NCBI RefSeq assembly: GCF_001194135.2
Contig: NC_068983.1
Coordinates: 163,574,492 to 163,638,491, forward strand
Reading direction: 5' to 3'
Source of the DNA: Octopus bimaculoides
Taxonomy: Eukaryota
DNA: 64,000 nt
Shown: piece after piece, positions 1-12,956 of the stretch
Numbering within the stretch: position 1 is the first letter of the stretch
How the letters are laid out: every line of letters begins with the position of its first letter
Notes under the pieces: generated by a model
What the model was told of the DNA's origin: nothing
What the model saw: the letters and a program-made list of their open reading frames with translations, nothing else
Database searches by the model: none
Position numbers and translations under genes: made by a program

Positions 1-200
1 CATAGTGAGTATATGGTTTCCATCCAGATACACGTTATTGAGAACGTGAACATATATGTAATATTTAGGTAATCGGATTTCTTCTACATAACTTTTATGT
101 CTGAAATTAAAGAAACAACAGTATAAAACTGATCTTAATTTCGATCATAAAATTTTACGGCTCTTCAGCTAAACTTGGAATGTGATCTGCTCTGCTAACC

Positions 201-320
201 ACCTACACACACACATATATACACACGTGCATACAAACACACAGATATACATACATGTATACATACACACACACACACATATGTATATATGTATGTATAT
301 TATATTATATATATATATAC

Positions 321-387
<67 letters not shown>

Positions 388-760
388 NNNNNNNNNNNNN
401 NNNNNNNNNNNNNNNNNNNNNNNNNNNNNNNNNNNNNNNNNNNNNNNNNNNNNNNNNNNNNNNNNNNNNATATAAGAGAAGAGAGACGAGAAAGAATAAT
501 GACATTGTCACGTCATGTTTTTCTCCCGACGGAAGACTTCAGTTAGAAGTTTTTCGACAAAGAACAAGACATTCATCGGACATCGTTACATACATACATA
601 GGCACACACACACACACACACACATACATACATACATACATACATACATACATACAGATATAGATACATAAATTCACACATACATTCGTACATACCTACA
701 TACATACATACGTACATACATACGTGTATATGTATATACATATAAATGTGTATGTATAAA

Positions 761-796
<36 letters not shown>

Positions 797-882
797 GCGT
801 GTGTGCCTATATGTATAAATGTTTCTATCTCTCTCTCTCTCTCTCTCACACTCTCTCTCTCTCTTTCTCTCTCTCTCACAGA

Positions 883-941
<59 letters not shown>
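201..941. repeat. Compound microsatellite block (CA)n/(TA)n/(CATA)n/(CT)n with a gap
   Basis: Directly visible simple repeats; explains ORFs 182..960. Confidence 0.97.
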
Positions 942-1039
942 ATGAATGTGTATGTGTCAATAAATGTTATGGTAATGCAGCCAGGAAAATAGAACGAAAA
1001 ACATGATTACATAGATTTTATTGTAATTAATCATCAGAA

Positions 1040-2593
1040 GTTAGAATGACACAAAGTTGAGTGTGAGTAGCAAGGCTCGACACTGTCTGCAAATATATGT
1101 CCTCTTATGTTTTTAATTTTTTAAATGCTTCTCTTGAACAAGGAGAGAATGTCTAACAAAAATACAAGACTCCATCTTCGGAATGGTAGTAAAAACAATG
1201 TCAGATTTGAAACTTGAAAATAATCTTGCATAATTTTACTGTTCTCGCTTATAGGTTGTATTTCTAATTTGCGAATCTGTTGGTTGATTTCTTTTTCTGA
1301 AAGTCCTAGCTAATCCAGGTTGTTGTTTAAGCATTTACGCACAAAACCAAGTTCACCACCTATAACTGGTATAAATGTGAATTTTTAATCTGCATAGTAG
1401 AAGCTGGAGATTTCGAAGCAGTTGACCGTAGTTATCCTCTTTCTGGTTGAATTTGAAAGACATATTCATACCACAAGGACTGATAACATCTATGACCGTA
1501 CATACCTTTTATTGTCTATCCCCAAACAACAATATCTGACCTGTTATGCTTACAGTTGACAGGTGTTTTGATGGGAATGTTCTACCATTAGTTTTGCGTT
1601 GATGTTTCTATACATATTTAATAACTGGGGTATTCTCTATATTTATTCCAAGACAGTCTTTTTTACGAATGTCATTGTATATATTTTTCGCGACAACGCC
1701 ATGTTGCATTGGGAGGTACAAACTTGATGAACTTTTTCGGCAGCTCCTAATCATATGTTTGGCGTATTCCACAGAAATATAAAATATGCTATATTTTCGG
1801 TTGCATCTTGGAGCTCCAAAGGCTTCGCTGTCTCTTTTGTTGATTAGTTATTTTGTAGCAGTCTCCTGTTATTTTTTTAATTTCAAATGCATAGCCTTCA
1901 AAGTGTAATGTGATATTGCGCTCACGATTTTAAGTGAAGCTTCGCTTTATGTCAATATTTAATGGCGCTTTCAAGTCTTCGGGAAACATATCCAGACTGA
2001 TCTTCTAATGACTGAGTATTTCTCCTCCAGGACTTCTTTGAGATATGCTAGTCCGGATGATTTAGGATAACTTGGTAGGTCATCACGACAAGAATATTTT
2101 CTGAGGATTCCGCTGCCAACACATAAGATATTTTTCTCTTCACTTTTCAGCACAAAGTTAATGTATTTATTTTTGGTGCCGTTCTTTAGCAAGTGCTGTC
2201 TGAGAGAGACTAAGCGACATTTGAAGGCTGTCTGCTCCGATCTGAAACCTCTACCTCCTCCATCTCTTCTAAAGTACGGCCTATCGATATCACTATTTAT
2301 ATGGAGATTTCCAGTTGATGTCAGTATCTTACGGATTTTTGCCGTCTATGGAGTGGATTTCTTCTAAAGACCAGTCAAGTATCCCAAATGTTAGACTCTG
2401 CATTGCTACTGCAAATGCATTGTGGAATATTGTCCTATTGTAAGAGGAGGGTTTTGACAGTCACATTTTTCTTAGCCTGGCATAGTGTTCTACACTTACT
2501 CTATCTTTATTCACAGTACCTTCATATGGTACGTTTTCATCCATGCCTAGGTACATGTAGCATTCTTTGTGTGGGACAGGAGAGATAGAGAGA

Positions 2594-2659
<66 letters not shown>

Positions 2660-3320
2660 TAGAGAGAAAGAATGAGATCATTGATGTGCACGTTTGGGGC
2701 CTTAAGGGGTTGATTTTCCGCGTTCAAATATCAGATATGAACATTTCTTTCGGTCAAATTCCACTCCTATGTCAACGGAAAATGTCAATTCCATCTGTTT
2801 AATGGCATTATTAATATTTTTAGCATAAATCTTGATGGTCATCCACCAGCTAATTATGGATTACACTAACTATTGGAGACACTAGCAAGTAGCCATTAAT
2901 ATTCTTGTAGTAGGAATAATAATGGATTTAATACCAAAATGAAGAGAATTACAGAAAGACTATCTCTTTGAAGTATTCCTTTTGAAATATTTACAACATT
3001 AGAAACGATCAGCGTGCTCGCAGTTCCAAGTGTAAGAAATATTGCCCAAGGTCTTTGTGAACCTCTCAATAACAGCGATTAAGGTAGAGGAACTTTTACC
3101 AAATGTAGCTACTTTGGCAGCCATTAATAAGGAAGTGCTTTCCTATTTTCAAGCCATATTGCTGCAAGGTTCCAACAATGTTTTTTTCGCTTCTCACACT
3201 ACACCTTTGTTTATCAAAAGTTGTTCGGCGCATCCCTACATTTTCATCGTACTACTGGCCGGTCATAGGTCCCTATGTTCCTGCCTTCACAGCTAATGAT
3301 CCTGGAGGCATTGGTGTCTA
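1040..3320 (-). pseudogene. Decayed R4/Dong-like non-LTR retrotransposon (RT + restriction-like endonuclease), 5'-truncated, interrupted by (GA)n at 2581-2670
   Basis: Minus-strand translation with stops and frameshifts gives RT motifs (FQRDSLSVILFILVLNP; DD-containing core near 2840), YMYLGMDENVPYEGTVNKDRVS, KNKYINFVLKSEEKNI, an RLE region near 1200-1600 and an end resembling KICKTFLKF; family assigned from recall of R4-clade ORFs. Confidence 0.85.
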
Positions 3321-3330
3321 CATATGTATG

Positions 3331-3364
<34 letters not shown>

Positions 3365-3580
3365 TATGTATGTATGTATGTATGCATGTATGTATGTATG
3401 TATGTATGTATGTATATAGGTGTGTATGTATGTATGTATTTATGTATGTATGTATTTATGTATGTACATATGTATGTATGTATGTATGTATGCATGTATG
3501 TATATATGTATGTATGTGTGTATGTATGCATGCATATATGTATGCATGTATGTATGTATGCATGCATGTATGTATGTATG

Positions 3581-3631
<51 letters not shown>

Positions 3632-3706
3632 NNNNNNNNNNNNNNNNNNNNNNNNNNNNNNNNNNNNNNNNNNNNNNNNNNNNNNNNNNNNNNNNNNNNN
3701 NNNNNN

Positions 3707-3750
<44 letters not shown>
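3321..3750. repeat. (TATG)n/(TA)n/(TG)n microsatellite with gap
   Basis: Directly visible. Confidence 0.97.
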
Positions 3751-3905
3751 GTTCTATATTTAAGAGATGAGGAATTATGGACATTATTTACATTATTTAC
3801 ATTTGACGGATATTTGTCCTCATCTTGTTTGTTGTTAGCACAAGGTTTCGGCTGATATACCCTCCAGCCTTCATGAGGTATTTTCTGGAAATTTAGAACC
3901 TGGGT
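3750..3905 (-). mobile_element. 5'-truncated copy of the PLE-type hammerhead module; core degenerate (CUCAUGA, GAAACCUU)
   Basis: Reverse complement closely matches 55296-55446. Confidence 0.85.
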
Positions 3906-4055
3906 GAGTGATTACAAACAATATTGTTATATTCTATAAAGATAAAATTTAGGATTATCACAAAGATATTTTAACGAAATAGATAAAATGTGCATATATA
4001 CCAAATTTTCAACAATAGAAAGAGAAGATTACATAGAATTAGTTTAATATATATT

Positions 4056-4415
4056 GTTGGCATCCTTCCGTCTCGAGAGACAATGGAGTTGCGCATAAAA
4101 TAATCCAGTCTGGTTCCACTTTTTACAGCAGCACTGAAGTGTCCTCTCCAGTTTTGCGCAGGCCTGGGCTAGATGTAAGAAAATCCTGGGTAGCCCGATC
4201 GTCAGGATTCCTCTCTCGACCTTGCTGACATAGTCCAAAGGAGTGCAGAGCATCACGTTTGGCACCAGCTTGGTTTCAGGAGTTGCCGGACGAGTTTCGA
4301 ATCGAACACTAAACTGCCAACGGGGCTCCACTCCGTATTTCTTTGAAGGTTGTCTCCTTTCCGTAACCCTGGATAGAGGCCCATACCGGGACTCGTGTCA
4401 GACATGGTCATCACC
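4056..4415 (-). mobile_element. Short non-autonomous RTE-related retroelement
   Basis: GC-rich island; minus-strand 3' end GACGGAAGGATGCCAAC resembles the tail of the SINE at 12944-12956; RTE affiliation from recall. Confidence 0.55.
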
Positions 4416-5740
4416 TCCTGACGTAGTGAAGAAAATCGCTATCCACTACCTATATATATATATATTATCATAAATGCCAACGAATGAAAAAAACACAAGC
4501 ACTGGGTCACAACCCCCCACCACCACACACACACACACAAACGCAGAGTAATGGATAAACATTAATAGCGAGTTGTAACAGTTCTTATCTGAAGATCGCA
4601 GTGGCATGAAACTCGAATAGCTCCAGAAACTCTTAGTTACCGTTTCATTTATTGTGTGCGTCTGTCAGTTTGCGTGTGTGTTTGTGTGTGTTTGTGTGTG
4701 TGCTTGTGTGTGTATATGTTTGTGTTTGTCTCTGTGTGTGTAGGGTATATACCTGTATATTTATAGATTTATATAAAATGCAGCACAAGTCAAGATATGT
4801 TCGTGTTTGTGTGTCTGTCAGCATGCTAACATGTGTATTTTCAGTTTCATTTATTCATACTCTCTTCGCAAATAAAATGTACTTGTACTGGAGTTAATGA
4901 AACTTGATTAAAGAATGGTGAATACATTAACCGTAAATATTTCTCTGTACAATATGAAATATGTACGGCAAATACACGAGTTGATATTAAACAGCGAATA
5001 TCTTTGTTTTTATCTATGGAATGATATACCCATATATGTGTCCGTCGTGTTTATTGATTTCGTGTTATTAAGCAGAAAATCATTATTTAGAAAATCGATA
5101 CAAATGTATTAGCCAAATACAAAATATTACTGGTACTTGTTTTTTCAGTCTTACTGAAGAGCTGAGACCTAGAGAATCTCAAGTCAGAGGGAGACCGTAT
5201 GTTTGTAGAAGTCATAAGAGTATAAAAATCGAACGATATATACGAACGCGTCCAATCGAGCGTTCAACTGTTTCACATCTCTCATAAACCGACATTGTTG
5301 AGTGTTATTGATTGCCAGTGTTAATACACAAGATCAATACTTTACAAAGGATGAGCTAATATCGACTTAACTATATTACTTGTATTTATCTTATCGACCT
5401 CCAGGGGATAAAAAGTTAAATCGACTCCGCAAGGATTTGAACATTACAAGAGAATATGATCAAAGTGCGAAAAACAGTCTGTCGTTTATGGAAATTTTTG
5501 TTGTAAATTCGACTAATCTGTTTCCTTTACTATGAGAATATGCCAAATACATTGCTTTGAAAGGAATTTTCTGGGTTAGATAATGTGGGGATGAATCACA
5601 TAAGTGATGCGATTTTTGAATTTGGAACGTTATCATACAAACCAACAGAAGAACAGTAAGAATACCATGGAGATGATTGTCGAAATATATATGAAAAAAA
5701 AAAGACTGAAATAGCAATGAGCTAATCTTTTAAGAATTAT

Positions 5741-5777
<37 letters not shown>

Positions 5778-7485
5778 NNNNNNNNNNNNNNNNNNNNNNN
5801 NNNNNNNNNNNNNNNNNNNNNNNNNNNNNNNNNNNNNNNNNNNNNNNNNNNNNNNNNNNNNNNNNNNNNNNNNNNNNNNNNNNNNNNNNNNNNNNNNNNN
5901 NNNNNNNNNNNNNNNNNNNNNNNNNNNNNNNNNNNNNNNNNNNNNNNNNNNNNNNNNNNNNNNNNNNNNNNNNNNNNNNNNNNNNNNNNNNNNNNNNNNN
6001 NNNNNNNNNNNNNNNNNNNNNNNNNNNNNNNNNNNNNNNNNNNNNNNNNNNNNNNNNNNNNNNNNNNNNNNNNNNNNNNNNNNNNNNNNNNNNNNNNNNN
6101 NNNNNNNNNNNNNNNNNNNNNNNNNNNNNNNNNNNNNNNNNNNNNNNNNNNNNNNNNNNNNNNNNNNNNNNNNNNNNNNNNNNNNNNNNNNNNNNNNNNN
6201 NNNNNNNNNNNNNNNNNNNNNNNNNNNNNNNNNNNNNNNNNNNNNNNNNNNNNNNNNNNNNNNNNNNNNNNNNNNNNNNNNNNNNNNNNNNNNNNNNNNN
6301 NNNNNNNNNNNNNNNNNNNNNNNNNNNNNNNNNNNNNNNNNNNNNNNNNNNNNNNNNNNNNNNNNNNNNNNNNNNNNNNNNNNNNNNNNNNNNNNNNNNN
6401 NNNNNNNNNNNNNNNNNNNNNNNNNNNNNNNNNNNNNNNNNNNNNNNNNNNNNNNNNNNNNNNNNNNNNNNNNNNNNNNNNNNNNNNNNNNATATATATA
6501 TATATATAGGTCAATTCAGATTATAGTAAAAGCCTTGTAGAATGCTGTGCAAAAGCTCGTCCATAGTTATTGGTTAGCTGATGTTATTGTACAGTTGAAA
6601 TGCTCTTGCATTATACATGGGGAACTCTATATTATCATAATATTTTATATAAATAGCCAATCGAAAGACTATATATGTACATACATATCTTTATTCAGTT
6701 TCTTGTTCTTTAGAGGTTCGCGCATGCGGTCGCTCACGTGTGTGCAGATCTATTTCGTGAACTGAACTGTAGAAAGAGCTGTATTTATGAAACACAGGTT
6801 CATATGATTGTAGTTGATGAAGGGCAGTCAGCTCGAGTTGTAAACTTGCAGGTGCAAATATATGACGAATACTGACCAATGCAGGCATCACAGATTGTGT
6901 TTAAACCGCCTGCATTATTTGTCTGCGAGTAAGTGGATAATAATGGTCTGTTTGAAGGGTTTCACATCGATGTTTATACAAATGTGCATTTGTGTAGGCT
7001 TGTATTTTTACAAGCATGTCTGCGCGGCTGTGTCTCTCTATATGTGTGTACGTTTATATTTGTGTATAAATGAATTTTAAATCAGAAGCTAAGTTGTCGT
7101 TTTGTTAAGTATATACAACTAATTATAAAATACAAATTTGTTAATATTAGCTCGAAATCCAAAATATAAATAATCCTGTAGTTAGGACATCAAACGTCTT
7201 CCTTCTTCCCTACTGAGTGAACGTATTAGAAGCTTCAGTAAGAAAGATTCTCTGGCAAAGTAAATCACGATTCCTTGTCTACAACTAAATTTATATATGT
7301 ATATATATATCAATACGGAGCAAATAATTCACGACAGAAAACATTATTCACGAGAAAAATAATTTGCCAAGATATTAACTCTGTTATCTAGTTTAACGAT
7401 TGAGAAATGATAAGAACAGAATCAATAATATAGGCGATTGGAAGCCCCCAAAAATGCATTAAATAGCTGATCAATTTTGATTAAT

Positions 7486-7517
<32 letters not shown>

Positions 7518-8452
7518 NNNNNNNNNNNNNNNNNNNNNNNNNNNNNNNNNNNNNNNNNNNNNNNNNNNNNNNNNNNNNNNNNNNNNNNNNNNNNNNNNNN
7601 NNNNNNNNNNNNNNNNNNNNNNNNNNNNNNNNNNNNNNNNNNNNNNNNNNNNNNNNNNNNNNNNNNNNNNNNNNNNNNNNNNNNNNNNNNNNNNNNNNNN
7701 NNNNNNNNNNNNNNNNNNNNNNNNNNNNNNNNNNNNNNNNNNNNNNNNNNNNNNNNNNNNNNNNNNNNNNNNNNNNNNNNNNNNNNNNNNNNNNNNNNNN
7801 NNNNNNNNNNNNNNNNNNNNNNNNNNNNNNNNNNNNNNNNNNNNNNNNNNNNNNNNNNNNNNNNNNNNNNNNNNNNNNNNNNNNNNNNNNNNNNNNNNNN
7901 NNNNNNNNNNNNNNNNNNNNNNNNNNNNNNNNNNNNNNNNNNNNNNNNNNNNNNNNNNNNNNNNNNNNNNNNNNNNNNNNNNNNNNNNNNNNNNNNNNNN
8001 NNNNNNNNNNNNNNNNNNNNNNNNNNNNNNNNNNNNNNNNNNNNNNNNNNNNNNNNNNNNNNNNNNNNNNNNNNNNNNNNNNNNNNNNNNNNNNNNNNNN
8101 NNNNNNNNNNNNNNNNNNNNNNNNNNNNNNNNNNNNNNNNNNNNNNNNNNNNNNNNNNNNNNNNNNNNNNNNNNNNNNNNNNNNNNNNNNNNNNNNNNNN
8201 NNNNNNNNNNNNNNNNNNNNNNNNNNNNNNNNNNNNNNNNNNNNNNNNNNNNNNNNNNNNNNNNNNNNNNNNNNNNNNNNNNNNNNNNNNNNNNNNNNNN
8301 NNNNNNNNNNNNNNNNNNNNNNNNNNNNNNNNNNNNNNNNNNNNNNNNNNNNNNNNNNNNNNNNATATATATATAATATTGCAATACAAATGTATTACTT
8401 TCCAGTAAAATAAAGTACCGTAAAGGGAGAAGTCTAAACATGAATATAGATC

Positions 8453-8716
8453 AGTGGTACAACAAGGCACCAATATTCACTGGAAATAGCAGTTGATACA
8501 ATTACGACGCTATAGTAGAGCTTCATTGCGTATATACAGGCAAAGACGTGTGAGTGCAACAAACATGAAAAATTTGTCTTACCTCCAGGAAGAACATTAG
8601 ATAAAGGGACAACCCAGAATCCGATAATGTCAGTATATACGCAGTGAAGCTTATTATAGCGTCGTAATTGTATCGACTGTTATTTCCAGTGACTATTAGT
8701 GCCTTGTTGTACCACT
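8453..8716. repeat. Inverted repeat with ~85-bp arms (8453-8537 / 8633-8716) and 95-bp spacer; MITE- or foldback-like
   Basis: Arms align with 6 substitutions and 1 indel. Confidence 0.9.
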
Positions 8717-9027
8717 AAGATATATATATATAAAGACGATAAGAAAATGGAGAAATAAATAACAATGAGAAGTGGATCTTTGATGTTATGAAGCCATTAT
8801 TAATCATTTAATGGCTTTATAACACAAAAAATCCATTTCTCATTGTTATTTATTTCTCCATTTTCTTAGCTTTCTTTACATACATTAAACTCCGATTTAC
8901 CTTTTAAATTACCTACTGCCGTATACCTGATAATAAGGACCATACATACTGAGGTAATTACTGGGAGTGCCTCTGGATACATCTATCCCTTAGATGGCTT
9001 TAATACCTTTAACTTATATCTTATGAA

Positions 9028-9290
9028 TATCATGGCGAATGCCGGACAGGAGGGTCACACAACTCTGTGTGACCCTTCTGTCCGGCATTCGCCATGATAG
9101 ATCGCTGACCACTACACATATTTTTCTCACTCCTTGTTTCTCTCCTTATTTCTTTCTGTGTTCCTTTCTGTTGAAGAGCGTATGCTCGAAACGTTAAAGA
9201 CTTTCTCTATTCCCGAGCGTTATACTAATACATCCATTTGTTGTTTACACCACCTGTCTTCGTCAGTTGTTTTTTCGTGAATTCTCCCAT
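9028..9290 (+). mobile_element. PLE pLTR-like segment: 34-bp hairpin (9028-9099) followed by a hammerhead-like motif
   Basis: Stem tatcatggcgaatgccggacaggagggtcacaca / loop actc, 1 G-U mismatch; hammerhead architecture at 9164-9199. Confidence 0.6.
9164..9199 (+). ncRNA. Minimal type I hammerhead-like ribozyme, variant core CUGUUGA
   Basis: CUUU-CUGUUGA-A-GAGC(GUAU)GCUC-GAAA-CGUU-AAAG; stem I 4 bp, stem II 4 bp, palindromic AACGUU stem III; the conserved A6 is U. Confidence 0.55.
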
Positions 9291-9457
9291 ACATAGCACA
9301 TGCTTACGTGGTCGAACCAGCCAATCCTGTCTTTACTCATCACACACGCACTTTTGGACTCTCTACCTCTTTTCATTCAGGACTATTTATTCTGGCCTTT
9401 TATTCCGAACTTTGCACTCTCAGGCTGCACCTCTCCTCCCTACAGATTACGCTGTAC

Positions 9458-9539
<82 letters not shown>

Positions 9540-9540
9540 G

Positions 9541-9612
<72 letters not shown>
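9458..9612. repeat. (TATC)n microsatellite
   Basis: Directly visible. Confidence 0.98.
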
Positions 9613-9613
<1 letters not shown>

Positions 9614-9866
9614 ACACATATATATATATGTATGTATGTATCTATCTATCTATCTATACACATATATATATGTATGTATAAATTATAATTAAAGTTTGGA
9701 TTTAGATTTAAAATTTAAACTGCGTTTTGGTTATCTCCCTAGTAGTATGTCGGCAAAGCGCGTTCACTGCTTATAGCTACCTAGCGTCACCCACCGTAAT
9801 TGCACAATCATCACTGGATCTACGATAGGAATTCCTCAATGCACGTTGAGTATAGTAGAAAGAATC

Positions 9867-9928
9867 TATACGGAAGATAGAATATATTGGAAACTTCATA
9901 GTCTCCTATATACTGTATCTTCCGTATA
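9867..9928. other. 62-nt hairpin (28-bp stem with 4 mismatches, 6-nt loop)
   Basis: tatacggaagatagaatatattggaaac / ttcata / gtctcctatatactgtatcttccgtata. Confidence 0.75.
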
Positions 9929-9989
9929 AATTGTTCCTACAACACACACACTTACACACACAAACTTTTATCCTTAATCTTTTGTCTAT

Positions 9990-10373
9990 GCTGGGGGGGG
10001 GGGCACCAACTTGAAAAATCATTAGTTGAAAGACTCGACCTTAGTATTTCTATTCTAAATCCTGTTTGTTGTTCTATCCGTCGTTTTTGCCGAAACTCTA
10101 AGTTATGGGGACGTAAACACACAAATACCAGTTGTGAAGCAGTGGCTGGGGTCAAACAACTAGACACGCATACATATACNNNNNNNNNNNNNNNNNNNNN
10201 NNNNNNNNNNNNNNNNNNNNNNNNNNNNNNNNNNNNNNNNNNNNNNNNNNNNNNNNNNNNNNNNNNNNNNNNNNNNNNNNNNNNNNNNNNNNNNNNNNNN
10301 NNNNNNNNNNNNNNNNNNNNNNNNNNNNNNNNNNNNNNNNNNNNNNNNNNNNNNNNNNNNNNNNNNNNNNNNN

Positions 10374-10404
<31 letters not shown>

Positions 10405-10560
10405 CAACAGTCTTCTTTCTGTTCCCGTCCACCAAATCTACTCACAGGGCATTGGTTTTCTCCTGGCTATAGTAGAAGACAGTTACCCGAGGTTCCACGC
10501 AGTGGGACTGAAACCGAATCCATAAGGTTGAGAAGCAAGCTTCTTACCATACACCTACAG
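9990..10560 (-). mobile_element. tRNA-derived SINE family A (head, CORE-like segment, internal microsatellite, 3' body), gapped
   Basis: Homologous to copies at 19284, 19829 and 21446. Confidence 0.8.
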
Positions 10561-11289
10561 CTGCTGGCTGCGTATATATACATATACCTCGTGTATTTTG
10601 TGTTTACACTTAAATATACGACTGCCACTTTTAAGTTTAGATCTTCTGCTTCTGTATAATAGAAGTATAGCTACTGCTATACTTGATAGTATTAATAGTT
10701 ATGATATACAGAGCAAATGAGAGAGAAATTATGATAAACACAAGTTCATGTTATTTGTTCCTACATCTGTTTAACCTTTGCGGTGACTTGGAACTCTGCA
10801 TTGCATGTTCCGAGTGCTAGAGGACGCTTCACCACAACAGGCGATCTAAGAACATTTTGTTACATTATGTTACAGAAAACTAATGTCGCGAGTTGAGTAG
10901 ATGACCGTTCATTTTGTAAGTATTTGAAGGTAAAGTAGAAAGAAAGCATAAGAGGGAGAGAAAGTTAAAGAATAATTAAGAAACAAGAGAAAGGGGGAGA
11001 AAAGACAACATACAAAACAAAAAACAAGAGGAAAAAGCGAAATAGAAGAGAGAGACAGAGAGAAAAGATGAGAGAAAACGAGATGAGAGAAAGAAAGAAG
11101 GAAAGAATGAAAGAAGGGGAGAAAAAGTAAGTTGGACAACCATAAGAGGGGGAAACAAAAAATATATAAACTACGAAAAAGTAAATGAAATGAATATATA
11201 AAAAAAAATACATTCAAGAGATAGAGAAAGTGGAAGAGACAAAGATAAAAATGCATCATGAGAAAGAGCATGCCCTCTTCCTGGTTGGA

Positions 11290-11817
11290 AGGCTTTCTCC
11301 ACCAAACAGCTGGTTGGGTCGGGCTGCTGGAACTGAAACTAACAAGACACTGTTGGAAGGCGGGTTTAGAGAGGGCGCAGGCTAAAACTGTGCGACCTTT
11401 CCCTCCATTGGTCAGTTGAAGCTTTGACTGTGTCATGTGACAGTTAGCTGGTGCTGGCCGCTGGAGTATTTAGAGGGCGAGTACTTAGAGGGAAATATGG
11501 CAGGATGGTCAATCGCCAGCAGACATTCGTTGACGTTGCATCGAAGAAACCAAGGAACAAAAGAGAAAAGGAGAAAGAAGAAACGCACTCAACACCAGAG
11601 CTGAAGTCACCCGTAAAAGTGGAGAGTGCCATGTCAAAATCAATTGAGGAGTAGGGGCTGAAACCGGACGTGGTTCCTACTGATAATGTCTTTAGGCACT
11701 GGATCGTATATAGGAGCTGTTGCAGTAGCGAACCACGGAATGTGGTTGGAATTCCTACGGATGTAAGAGATTATAAAAAAGGAGAGTGTTCCGGAATTGA
11801 GTATCAGTCGGAATTGA
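11290..11817 (+). pseudogene. 5' part of a gag-like LINE ORF1 (MVNRQQTFVDVASKKP...KPDVVPTD)
   Basis: Homologous to 27886-28124; N-terminal motif similar to ORF1 at 30546. Confidence 0.55.
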
Positions 11818-12370
11818 TTTGATTTTTTTTTATTGCCCGCAAAGGGCGCACACAGACGGGACAATACAAGACATGTGGGGAGATATAACAATTAAAAAAT
11901 TAAAAATGCGATAATATGAAAAATGAAAAATGGGACCACTTGCCCCACTTACGCAGCCCCATTTCTACATTTTCACACCCGATCCCTCTAACATATTAAA
12001 CCAGTTTCTCCTCAAAACAGTAGCAATGTTCAGACGTATATATTATCCCCACTTGTTCCTTTGTTGAGAGCACACACCTGTGCCACTCCTTGATGTTATC
12101 GTACCCAACAGTTTCTACTTTCTTTACCTCGTCCCGTGATAACACCTCATCTACCAAATCCTTATTAGATCCATACAGTATGAAAGCTTTGCATTTTTCC
12201 CCACCTTTTTTTTTTGACTCGGGGTAGGAAGTTTGAAATTTTTTGTGTGTATTTGACTTCTTTTTTTGTTTTTGTGTCGGATGGGAATGGGTAGGCTCTG
12301 TATCTGCTGGAGGAAGGTGGGTATGAGAGGGTGTGAGTGGAGTGGGTGTTGGTTGGGGTTAACACTTCGA
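11818..12370 (-). mobile_element. 5'-truncated ORF1-only retroposon copy with AATAAA + A-rich tail and 15-bp TSD
   Basis: TSD atcagtcggaattga (11803-11817) / atcagttggaattga (12371-12385); colinear with 29100-29700. Confidence 0.85.
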
Positions 12371-12532
12371 ATCAGTTGGAATTGAATGAAACTAAAACAG
12401 ACTGGAAAGTGTGTATAAACACAAATATAGATAGAGGTATGAATAGGTCCTCAATTCGAACAGGATAGATGTCTAAAAGTTATTTTGTATTTCAAAAGAA
12501 CTACTACTAAACACTCATACTCTTCATGCCGT

Positions 12533-12956
12533 GGAGGCGCAATGGCCCAGTGGTTAGGGGTAAGATCGTGGTTCCAGACCGGGCGTTGTGAGTGTTTATT
12601 GAGCGAAAACATCTAAAGCTCCACGAGGTTCCGGTGGAAGGGGGGGGGGGCGAGCCCTGCTGTACTATTTCACCACAACTTTCTCTCANNNNNNNNNNTG
12701 GAAGGGGGGGGGGGCGAGCCCTGCTGTACTATTTCACCACAACTTTCTCTCACTCTTACTTCCTGTTTCTGTTGTACCTGTATTTCATAGGGCCAGCCTT
12801 GTCACACTCTGTGTCATTCTCAATCTCCCCGAAAACTACGTTAAAGGTACACGTGTCTGTGGAGTGCTCAGCCACTTGCATGTTAATTTCACGAGCAGGC
12901 TGTTCCGTTGATCGGATCAACTGGATCCCTCGTCGTCGTAACCGACGGAGTGCCAC
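12533..12956 (+). mobile_element. tRNA-derived SINE family D with RTE-like tail
   Basis: A-box-like GGCGCAATGGCCCAGTGG head; tail shared with the element at 4056; internal gap with duplicated flanks. Confidence 0.8.

Noticed and set aside
6691-6934. Possible exon on either strand with NRF1-like GCGCATGCG and CACGTG motifs
   Set aside because: Plus-strand splice sites have no partner exons, and the 66-aa minus ORF has no recognisable features.
12640-12750. ~45-bp tandem duplication inside a SINE
   Set aside because: The copies flank a 10-N gap; most likely an unmerged contig overlap.
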